Positions 1-8,439 of a stretch of DNA of 64,000 nucleotides are shown piece by piece. The first letter of the stretch is position 1, and every line of letters begins with the position of its first letter. Where the stretch lies: positions 10,853-74,852 of the forward strand of contig JAYULE010000185.1 of the NCBI GenBank assembly GCA_043763845.1, written 5' to 3'. The notes beneath the pieces were generated by a model. It had not been told where the DNA came from and made no database searches. It was given only the letters and a program-made list of their open reading frames with translations. The DNA is from Sphingobacteriales bacterium. GTDB taxonomy: Bacteria > Bacteroidota > Bacteroidia > Sphingobacteriales > Sphingobacteriaceae. The translations under genes were made by a program, and so were the position numbers.

Positions 1-1
1 T

Positions 2-544
2 GTACAAAAACTGGTAGAAAACATGAATGGAAAATTGCATATACAAAAAAATATACCCCGTGGCACCTGTGTACAAATAAGCATACCCATGCAATTAGCT
101 ATTGATAACCCAGTGTTTGATAATCAAAATCAACAAGAAACAATTTTAACCCAAAACCATTTAAAGGTTTTAATTGCCGAAGATAATGAGACAAACATTA
201 TGCTATTAAAAAAAATACTAAGCCAATATCCTAATATTACCATTACCACAGCAAATAACGGTGTTGAAGTTTTAGAATTAGTGGAGCAAAATGCTTTCGA
301 TTTTATTTTAATGGATATAGAAATGCCTATAATGGGTGGCTTAAAGGCAAATAACCTATTAAAAAAACACCCAAACCCAGCAATTGCTAAAATACCCGTA
401 TTGGCAATTAGTGCAAATACAGGCGAAAATGATATCCAAAAATATATGAAAGCTGGTATGTGCGGCTACATAAGCAAACCTTTTTTAAAGCAAGAATTAT
501 TTAATGCCATCCAAAAAATTATTTTAATAAAACAAGTTTTGTAA
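2..544 (+). CDS. C-terminal fragment of a hybrid sensor histidine kinase (end of the ATPase domain plus a CheY-like receiver). The 5' end lies outside the window.
   Basis: The frame is open back to base 2 (VQKLVENMNGK...), so the ATG at 23 is internal. Receiver hallmarks are present: KVLIAEDNETN, ILMDIEMPIMGG, ISKPF. Confidence 0.8.
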   Translation, partial: VQKLVENMNGKLHIQKNIPRGTCVQISIPMQLAIDNPVFDNQNQQETILTQNHLKVLIAEDNETNIMLLKKILSQYPNITITTANNGVEVLELVEQNAFDFILMDIEMPIMGGLKANNLLKKHPNPAIAKIPVLAISANTGENDIQKYMKAGMCGYISKPFLKQELFNAIQKIILIKQVL

Positions 545-604
545 ATTCCACAAACTAAGTTAACCTTAATAACAATAACTATTTTTATTAAACCTTAAAT
601 CAAA

Positions 605-1801
605 ATGCATCTAAAAAAAAATAAATACCTATTAGGTGCATTAATTACAATTGGTGTGCTTATTGGCAACCAAATTATTATTCAATTTTTTTTACAAAAA
701 AACACGCAAGACTCTAAAACCATAAACTTGGCTGGGCGGCAGCGTATGCTTAGCCAAAAATTAAACCTACAATACCTACAGCGTTTAAGCGGAGATACCG
801 TTAACAATACCCTATTAAAGACTTTAAACAACTGGCAAAAAGTGCATTATGCCCTAATTAATGGAGATAGTAAATTAAACATTAAACCTATCGAAAATAA
901 TAAAGCATTACTAATTTTAGCAAACCAAACCCCCAAAATTATACTAGCTGGCCAAATTGTACTACAAAAACCAACACTAAACCAAAATAAAATACTTAGT
1001 AAAAACCAAGCGCAATTTTTAATTGCTATGGATAATGTAGTTAACTATTTAGAAGATGCTGCAAACAAAAAACTTTTATTTATTATTTATTTAGAGATTT
1101 TTTTGTGCTTATTAACCGTTACTTTAATTGTACTAGAATTTTATTTGTTTTACAAACCCTTTTTGCGTGAACAAAAATTAACGTTAAAAAAATCCGAATC
1201 ATCGGAAAGTAAATTAAAAGCTATTTTAAACAGCACCACCGATAGTAACATTTTTATTAGCCCCGATTTTAAGGTAATAAACTTTAATAATGCAGCACAA
1301 CAAAGCATTAAAGTTTTTTATGGTAAAGAAATTGTGTTTGAGCAAGATTTTAAGGAATTTATAATACCCGGCACCGAGGATATTTTTTATGAAGAGTTTG
1401 CCAATTGTTTAAAAGGCGAAATTATTAGTAGTGAATATAATTTTAAAAAACACGGTTTTGATATTTGGTTTTGCAACACTTATTTTCCAGTTTACAATAA
1501 TTTAAACCAATTAATTGGCGTTACTTTCAACTCTACAAATATTGATACAAGAAAGAAAGCCGAAATTAAAATTGAAGAACAATTATGCAAACTTAAAGAT
1601 ATTGCCTGGCAACAATCCCACCTAATTAGAAGCCCCGTAGTTAATATTTTGGGTTTAACCAAACTATTAGGAGATAAACTAAATTTGCTAAACGATGACG
1701 AAAATGAAGTATATACTAAATTAATACAAGAAGTAGAACGTTTAGATGTAATAATAACCGATATTGTACAAAAAGCCACCAACTCTCAAATAGGTAATTA
1801 A
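605..1801 (+). CDS. Membrane sensor protein with a PilJ/NarX-like periplasmic sensor, a PAS-like segment and an H-box/DHp-like segment, but no ATPase domain
   Basis: N-terminal TM helix, an AGRQRMLSQK box typical of PilJ/NarX-type four-helix sensors, and a second TM helix (LFIIYLEIFLCLLTVTLIVLEF). A PAS-like region follows, then an H-box-like SHLIRSPVVNILGL. The ORF stops about 60 aa later without N/G boxes. Confidence 0.6.
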   Translation: MHLKKNKYLLGALITIGVLIGNQIIIQFFLQKNTQDSKTINLAGRQRMLSQKLNLQYLQRLSGDTVNNTLLKTLNNWQKVHYALINGDSKLNIKPIENNKALLILANQTPKIILAGQIVLQKPTLNQNKILSKNQAQFLIAMDNVVNYLEDAANKKLLFIIYLEIFLCLLTVTLIVLEFYLFYKPFLREQKLTLKKSESSESKLKAILNSTTDSNIFISPDFKVINFNNAAQQSIKVFYGKEIVFEQDFKEFIIPGTEDIFYEEFANCLKGEIISSEYNFKKHGFDIWFCNTYFPVYNNLNQLIGVTFNSTNIDTRKKAEIKIEEQLCKLKDIAWQQSHLIRSPVVNILGLTKLLGDKLNLLNDDENEVYTKLIQEVERLDVIITDIVQKATNSQIGN

Positions 1802-1848
1802 ATTGCGTTAAAAAAGATTTTTTCATCAAACAACACTACCCTAATAAA

Positions 1849-4800
1849 ATGCCAACTCCAACTAACGAAACTCAAAGGATTAAAGCACTTAAAGGCTATC
1901 ATATTTTAGATACAGCAAATGAAATAGAATTTGACCGTTTTACACAATTGGCATCGTTAATTTGTGAAGTACCCATTTCATTAATCTCGTTGATAGATGA
2001 CGATAGGCAATGGTTTAAATCTAAAATTGGTTTAGAAGTAAACGAAACCCCACGCAATTTGGCATTTTGCCAACATGCAATTATGCAAAACCATATTTTT
2101 GAGGTTGAAGATGCAACACAAGACAATCGTTTTAAAAACAACCCTTTAGTAACAGGAGACCCAACTATTAGGTTTTACGCTGGCTACCCGTTAGTAGATC
2201 CCGCTGGGTTTGCGTTGGGCACCCTTTGTGTAATAGACCGTTGCACTAAAATACTTAACCCAAATCAAAAAAAAGCATTACAATTACTGTCTGAAGAGGT
2301 AGTATCGTTAATTGTTGAAAGAAGACAAAAAGAAGAAATTAAATACTACGAACAATTATTTTTACAATCAAAAGATTTGGTTTGTATTGCAGGAGATGAT
2401 GGCTATTATAAAAAAATTAATCCCGCTTTTACTGCCATTTTAGGGTGGGACGAAAAAACACTTTTAAACACCCCCTATTTAGATTTTGTACACCCTACCG
2501 ATATTGAACCCACAAAAATACTTTTACAAAAACTTTTAAGTGGAGAAAAAACTACTTCATTTTTACAGAAATTTAAAACATCAACACATGATTACAAATT
2601 TATAGAATGGGTTTCTACACAAGAAAAATCAACCGGTAATATATTTGCAATTGGTAGAGATGTAACTGAAGAACAAATTAAAGAAGAGAAGTTAAAAATT
2701 AGCGAAACTAATTTTAAATCTTTTTTTAACAACTCTCAAGGTTTAATGTGTACCCACAATTTAGAAGGTAAATTTTTAAGCGTAAACCTTTCGGGAGCAA
2801 AATTGTTAGGTTATACCGATATCGAAATTTTAAACTTAACCTTATTTGATTTAATACCCATAAAACACCATGCTGTACTTAAAAAATACTTAAATAAAAT
2901 TAAACTGTTTGGTAAAGCTACCGGTATACTTGCAATAAATAACAAAAACGGAACACCTAGTACTTGGTTATTTAATAATATTGTTGCTTCCGATATTAAA
3001 GGCGAACAATACGTTATAGGGAACGCAATTGATATAACCGAAAAACACCAATTAGAGCTTGATTTAAAAAGAACAAAAGATTTATTAGAGCAAACTAATA
3101 ATATTGCGAATGTTGGTGGCTGGGAATTAGATTTACAAACCAACGAATTATACTGGACTGATATTACCAAAAAAATACACGAAGTACCCAGTACATTTAC
3201 ACCAAATTTAGATAATGCTTTAAAATATTACAAGCCAGGAGAAAACCAAACCCTTATTAACGAAGCTGTTAATAATGCAATAAATTTTGGTACACCTTGG
3301 GACTTAGAATTACAACTTATTACAGAAAATAAGAAAGAAATTTGGGTACGAGCATTAGGCAGTGTTTATGTTAAAAATGGAAAATGCGTTAAGGTTTTAG
3401 GAGCGTTTCAAGATATTGATAAACAAAAAAAAACCGAACTGGCTTTAGCAGCAAGCCAAAAAAAGTACAAAGCTTTTTTTAACAACTCGCCCATTGGTAT
3501 TTCGGTTGATAAATTAGAAAACGGTGAGTTTATGCAAGGTAATAACGCCTTTCTTAATATGATTGGTTACACCGAAGACGAATACAAATCATTAAATTAT
3601 AAATCAATAACAGATAAAAAGTATAATGACATTGAAGGTGTTTTAATAAATACATTAAAAGATACCGGTAAATACGGCCCTTACGAAAAAGAATATATCC
3701 ACAAAAATGGAAGTATTGTACCCGTAGTTCTAAATGGTATAAGTTTTATTGATGAATTTGGAGAAAATTTAGTTTACTCAACTGTAGAAAACATATCCGA
3801 AAGAAAAAATTCAGAAAAAATAATCGAAAAAGAAAGAAATAGATTAAAAGCATTTGTACAAAATGCGCCAGCTGCAGTGGCCATGCTTGATAATAATATG
3901 GTATATATTGCCGCAAGCGATAAATGGAAAGAAGATTACAAAATACCAAGCGAAAAAAATATTATAGGCCAAATACATTATAATATTTTAACTAACATAT
4001 CTGAAGAGTGGAAACAACTTCACCAGAAATGCCTTAAAGGTGAAGTAATAAAAAAAGAAGAACACGTTTGGCGACCTGCTGGTTGGCATACCGATATGTA
4101 CATAAAATGGGAAGCTAGGCCTTGGTACGAATTAAATGGCGATATAGGTGGTTTAATATTGTATACACAAGATATTACTACCATGTGCCTACAAAGAGAC
4201 GAACTTAATGATGCTAAATTAAATGCCGAACAAGCTAGTAGTGCTAAATCAGAATTTTTGGCAAATATGAGTCATGAAATTAGAACACCACTAAATGGTG
4301 TTATTGGCTTTACCGACTTAGTTTTAAAAACCCAACTTACCGAAACCCAGTTTCAATATTTATCAATCATTAACCAATCGGCAAACTCACTACTAAGTAT
4401 TGTAAACGATATTTTAGATTTTTCTAAAATAGAAGCTGGTAAAATGGAGCTAGATATTGTAAAATGTAACTTACACGATTTAGCTGGTGAAGCAATTGAT
4501 ATAGTAAAGTTTCAAGCCCAAAGTAAGGGTTTAGAAATGCTTTTAAATTTGCCCCTCGAAAAAAATTCGAGTGTATTGGCAGATTCTATTCGAATAAAAC
4601 AAATAATTATTAACCTACTAAGCAATGCAGTTAAATTTACACAAAGTGGCGAAGTTGAATTAAAAATTATTGTTTTAAACTCAACCGAAATTAATAAAAC
4701 ATTTAGAATATCTGTAAGTGACACTGGTATTGGAATAAACCTAGATAAACAATCTAAAATATTTGAACCTTTTTTACAAGAAGATGCATCAACCACAAAA

Positions 4801-6150
4801 AAATACGGAGGCACAGGTTTAGGCTTAACCATATCTAATAAATTATTAGAGTTTATGAATACTAAGCTTGAACTATTAAGCGAACCCGGCAAAGGCAGCA
4901 CTTTTTATTTTGATATAAAGCTACAAACTATCAATGGTAAAACAGATGATTGGGCAACAATAGATAACATAAAAAATATTTTGGTGGTTGATGACAACTT
5001 AAATAATAGGTTAATTGTTAAAAGTATGTTAGCATTAAGAGAAATTGAAGTTACCGAAGCTGCAAACGGTTTAGAAGCTTTGCAAATACTAGGGCAAAAA
5101 ATCACAAAATTTGATGTTATTTTAATGGATTACCACATGCCATATATGGATGGCTTAGAAACAATAAAAAAAATAAGAGAAAATTTTTATACATCTGCCG
5201 ATGAGCAACCAATAATGTTGCTTTACAGCTCATCTGATAACGAAACAATTATAAATGCCTGTAAAGATTTAAACGTAAATCACAGGCTTATGAAACCAAT
5301 AAAAATTAATGAATTATACAATTCGCTTTCTAAACTTAGAGTATTAAAATCTGAAGCTGAGCCAGAGGTGGTAACAACATCAAAGTTTAACAAAATGTTA
5401 GTACTTATTGCCGAAGATAACCCTGTTAATGCTCTTTTAGCAAAAAGTATTTTACTTAAAATAGCACCCGATGCTATAATAGTAGAGGTTGTTAACGGGC
5501 AAGAAGCCGTAGAATTTTGCAACCATAACGTACCCGATATGATTTTAATGGACATACAAATGCCTATTATGAATGGTTATGAAGCTACTAAACTAATTAG
5601 GGAAATACCTAAAAATGCTAAAACTCCAATTGTTGCTTTAACAGCAGGCAATGTAAAAGGCGAAAGAGAGAAATGTTTAAACGCAGGTATGTCCGATTTT
5701 GTTGCAAAACCTATTGTAGAAAACGATATTTTAGAATTGTTTAATAAGTGGCAAACACAATCTATTAAAATTGAAGGGTTAAACAATAACGAAAATGAGT
5801 TAGTAAAACAAGACAGCCAATTTGATATTAACATACTTAAAAATTTAATAGGCGATGAAGCAACTATAATAGCACAAGTTTTACAATTAGCTATAAAAGA
5901 GCTTAACCAATCATCAATATTATTAGATAAAATAGCCCAAGATGAAAATTTATCAGCCTTAAATTCTTTAGGCCATAAATTACATGGTACTGCTGTAACG
6001 GCAGGGTTACAAAATTTAGCTAATATTACACGTAGTTTAGAAAACACCATTGTATTTGACAAAAATTGTAACCAATTAATAAATAATGCACTTGTAGAAA
6101 TTGAAGTAGCTTTAAAACAAATTAGCATTTATTTAGAAAATGAAATTTAA
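1849..6150 (+). CDS. Hybrid sensor histidine kinase: GAF + multiple PAS/PAC + HisKA + HATPase + two receivers + HPt
   Basis: N-terminal GAF pattern (RIKALKGYHILDT ... FYAGYPL ... LGTLCVID). H-box SHEIRTPLNGVIG. N/G boxes LLSNAVKFT, DTGIGI, GGTGLGLTIS. Two receivers (ILVVDDN...ILMDYHMPYMDG and VLIAEDNPVN...ILMDIQMPIMNG...AKP). C-terminal HPt HKLHGTAVTAG. Confidence 0.9.
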   Translation: MPTPTNETQRIKALKGYHILDTANEIEFDRFTQLASLICEVPISLISLIDDDRQWFKSKIGLEVNETPRNLAFCQHAIMQNHIFEVEDATQDNRFKNNPLVTGDPTIRFYAGYPLVDPAGFALGTLCVIDRCTKILNPNQKKALQLLSEEVVSLIVERRQKEEIKYYEQLFLQSKDLVCIAGDDGYYKKINPAFTAILGWDEKTLLNTPYLDFVHPTDIEPTKILLQKLLSGEKTTSFLQKFKTSTHDYKFIEWVSTQEKSTGNIFAIGRDVTEEQIKEEKLKISETNFKSFFNNSQGLMCTHNLEGKFLSVNLSGAKLLGYTDIEILNLTLFDLIPIKHHAVLKKYLNKIKLFGKATGILAINNKNGTPSTWLFNNIVASDIKGEQYVIGNAIDITEKHQLELDLKRTKDLLEQTNNIANVGGWELDLQTNELYWTDITKKIHEVPSTFTPNLDNALKYYKPGENQTLINEAVNNAINFGTPWDLELQLITENKKEIWVRALGSVYVKNGKCVKVLGAFQDIDKQKKTELALAASQKKYKAFFNNSPIGISVDKLENGEFMQGNNAFLNMIGYTEDEYKSLNYKSITDKKYNDIEGVLINTLKDTGKYGPYEKEYIHKNGSIVPVVLNGISFIDEFGENLVYSTVENISERKNSEKIIEKERNRLKAFVQNAPAAVAMLDNNMVYIAASDKWKEDYKIPSEKNIIGQIHYNILTNISEEWKQLHQKCLKGEVIKKEEHVWRPAGWHTDMYIKWEARPWYELNGDIGGLILYTQDITTMCLQRDELNDAKLNAEQASSAKSEFLANMSHEIRTPLNGVIGFTDLVLKTQLTETQFQYLSIINQSANSLLSIVNDILDFSKIEAGKMELDIVKCNLHDLAGEAIDIVKFQAQSKGLEMLLNLPLEKNSSVLADSIRIKQIIINLLSNAVKFTQSGEVELKIIVLNSTEINKTFRISVSDTGIGINLDKQSKIFEPFLQEDASTTKKYGGTGLGLTISNKLLEFMNTKLELLSEPGKGSTFYFDIKLQTINGKTDDWATIDNIKNILVVDDNLNNRLIVKSMLALREIEVTEAANGLEALQILGQKITKFDVILMDYHMPYMDGLETIKKIRENFYTSADEQPIMLLYSSSDNETIINACKDLNVNHRLMKPIKINELYNSLSKLRVLKSEAEPEVVTTSKFNKMLVLIAEDNPVNALLAKSILLKIAPDAIIVEVVNGQEAVEFCNHNVPDMILMDIQMPIMNGYEATKLIREIPKNAKTPIVALTAGNVKGEREKCLNAGMSDFVAKPIVENDILELFNKWQTQSIKIEGLNNNENELVKQDSQFDINILKNLIGDEATIIAQVLQLAIKELNQSSILLDKIAQDENLSALNSLGHKLHGTAVTAGLQNLANITRSLENTIVFDKNCNQLINNALVEIEVALKQISIYLENEI

Positions 6151-6172
6151 ATAAATAATAATTAAATTTAAA

Positions 6173-8428
6173 TTACCATATACTTACTTCATCGCAACAA
6201 ATTGCTGGTTTTTTACGGCTATTTATACGCCACAAAGGTAACTGTGTAGGGCAAATTGCTGTTAATCGAATGTATTTTGCGGTAGTTTTAGGTAAAGTAA
6301 AATTTACTGATTTTATGTTTGCCGTATAGTCTTCATTGGTTGGGGTAATATTTTGATTGCCTATTTCTTTAAAATTAATGCCATTCATTGATGTTTCTAA
6401 AACAACATTGGTTGGTAAAAAAATATAATGCCTAGGGTCTAGCAAAAATTGGGTTTGTATTTGATTAAAGTTTTTTGCCTGGCTTAAATCTAAAGTGGCC
6501 ACCAAATTGGTGTTGTAAAAAAACAACCAATTATAACTAAAATCCAAATAGCCATTTACGTTATCTACTAAGGTTCGTTCATTTTTAGCCGGAAAATCAA
6601 TTGTAAATGGGTTTTTTAGTTTTACAATAGCATTTAGGGCTTTATTGGGGATAAATTTTTTAGTAAAAATTTCGTTCCATTCTGTTAAGTAAGCATCGGG
6701 GGTTTGGCCGCCTTCGGCCAGTTCTGTCACGCCAGCTAATTTACAATGGGCTACAAATTTGTTAACTTTTGCTGGCCATTTGGGGTTTATTATAACATTT
6801 TGGGTTTCATTATTTAGTATTTGATACCCAAATTTCTCGAATCCAAAAAATTTAGATTGTTGCAAAACCACAAAATCTAATCCTAACCTAACTTTTGTAA
6901 CTCTTTCTAAAAAATTGATTTGAGTTTCAACTGCAGCTTCGGCTTTATCTAATATTTGCGAATATGTATCCAATAATTCGGGCGTTAAATAATCAGAATA
7001 GTTGTTTATCGGGTTACCATAAATATCTAAATTTACGTTACTTGTATTTAAATTTTGATGCAACAGGTTTATATAATTATTTATAAATGGTGCTGCTTTG
7101 CCATAATAACCAATAAAAAAATCTTTTTCAATTTTTTCAACATCAATATTTGGGTTCCATAAAAGTTTAGCTTGCAAATAGCTATTATACTCGGCCATAT
7201 CGCCATAGGTATCGCCACTGCCCTGTACAAATACGCCTTTAACACCGGCATTAGCCAAAAAATTAAGGTTAGGTTTTAAGTTATTGTAATTTGGGAAAGG
7301 AGCTAAATAGTTGGTAAACTGGGTGCTATAATCCCATACAAAAATATTTTTTGTTAATGCACCCCAGCCATTCAAATTTTTTCGGAAAGTGGCTGCACTG
7401 TTTTCAGTATTTAAAGGTTTTGTTCGGTAGGCATCAATACTGCTTAAAATTGGGTAAACGTTTTTTAATGGTTTTGTTTTTGGAGGCTTTGCCGTGTAAG
7501 CGTAAGCCAAAGTTGTAAAATTGTTGTTTGGAAAATGTTTGGCTACACTATTTACAAACCGTATTAACGTACCTTGTGGTCCCCCTTCTTCGTCATCAAT
7601 TTTTTTGCAATTTGGGCAGGTACAAAAACCTTCATCGTCGTTTGCAGCTATAGACCAATATAGCGCATCGGGGTTATCGGCAATAGCCAACTTAAAATAA
7701 TTTACCGCTATTTTTTTTACTTCGGTATTGCTTAAACACAATTGCGTAGCTTGCCTTTGGCCATTTACTAGTGCAAAATAGCTTGGTTTGGTTTTAAAAT
7801 AAGTTTTTGGTGGGATAATTTTAAAAAAAGAATGCCCCCATAAACCCCATAAATCCTCGAACGATTGTAGCTTATGCCAATCTAAATATTCGGCATCACG
7901 AGATGCTGGGTAATAGGATTGCCGATACAAAAATTGCGGGTTTTGTAAATCCCATATTGGCGCTTGTACCGTAATTTGGCTATCATTTTTTATAATTGCT
8001 AACTGGTTTGCATACTTACGGCAACCCAAATAATTTTCTAAAAAATGATACACGCCATATACCACGCCTTTGCCACTACCGCCGCATATTACTAAACTAT
8101 TTGTATTGGTTGCTATAAAAAAACCGTCATTTTTTATTTTGGTAGGATTGTGTGTTTCGGCTGCTTGGGTACGCCCAACAAAAATGGCTGTTTTATTATT
8201 CCATTTATTTTCGGGTACTATGGGTAAAGTAGCTTGGCAAATTTTTTTAATATAAGTTTGCAAAATCAAAGCTGCTTTTTGCTCGGCAATTGTAGCAGTT
8301 GCTGGGACAATAATTTGGGTTTTGGCTGCCGAGTTTGCCACCAAAACCAAAGTTTTTTGGTCAGCTTTACATGCATCCGCGTTAAGCGATAAAAATAAAA
8401 ATAGTATAAAATTTAATACTTTTTTCAT
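6173..8428 (-). CDS. Secreted DUF4838-like glycoside-hydrolase-like protein with a C-terminal discoidin (F5/8 type C)-like domain
   Basis: Signal peptide MKKVLNFILFLFLSLNADA. The CTCPNCKKIDDEEGG segment and overall pattern match what I remember of DUF4838. The gap to the upstream TPR gene is only 11 nt, so it is probably the last gene of the operon. Confidence 0.55.
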   Translation of the reverse strand: MKKVLNFILFLFLSLNADACKADQKTLVLVANSAAKTQIIVPATATIAEQKAALILQTYIKKICQATLPIVPENKWNNKTAIFVGRTQAAETHNPTKIKNDGFFIATNTNSLVICGGSGKGVVYGVYHFLENYLGCRKYANQLAIIKNDSQITVQAPIWDLQNPQFLYRQSYYPASRDAEYLDWHKLQSFEDLWGLWGHSFFKIIPPKTYFKTKPSYFALVNGQRQATQLCLSNTEVKKIAVNYFKLAIADNPDALYWSIAANDDEGFCTCPNCKKIDDEEGGPQGTLIRFVNSVAKHFPNNNFTTLAYAYTAKPPKTKPLKNVYPILSSIDAYRTKPLNTENSAATFRKNLNGWGALTKNIFVWDYSTQFTNYLAPFPNYNNLKPNLNFLANAGVKGVFVQGSGDTYGDMAEYNSYLQAKLLWNPNIDVEKIEKDFFIGYYGKAAPFINNYINLLHQNLNTSNVNLDIYGNPINNYSDYLTPELLDTYSQILDKAEAAVETQINFLERVTKVRLGLDFVVLQQSKFFGFEKFGYQILNNETQNVIINPKWPAKVNKFVAHCKLAGVTELAEGGQTPDAYLTEWNEIFTKKFIPNKALNAIVKLKNPFTIDFPAKNERTLVDNVNGYLDFSYNWLFFYNTNLVATLDLSQAKNFNQIQTQFLLDPRHYIFLPTNVVLETSMNGINFKEIGNQNITPTNEDYTANIKSVNFTLPKTTAKYIRLTAICPTQLPLWRINSRKKPAICCDEVSIW

Positions 8429-8439
8429 TTAATTCTTAT

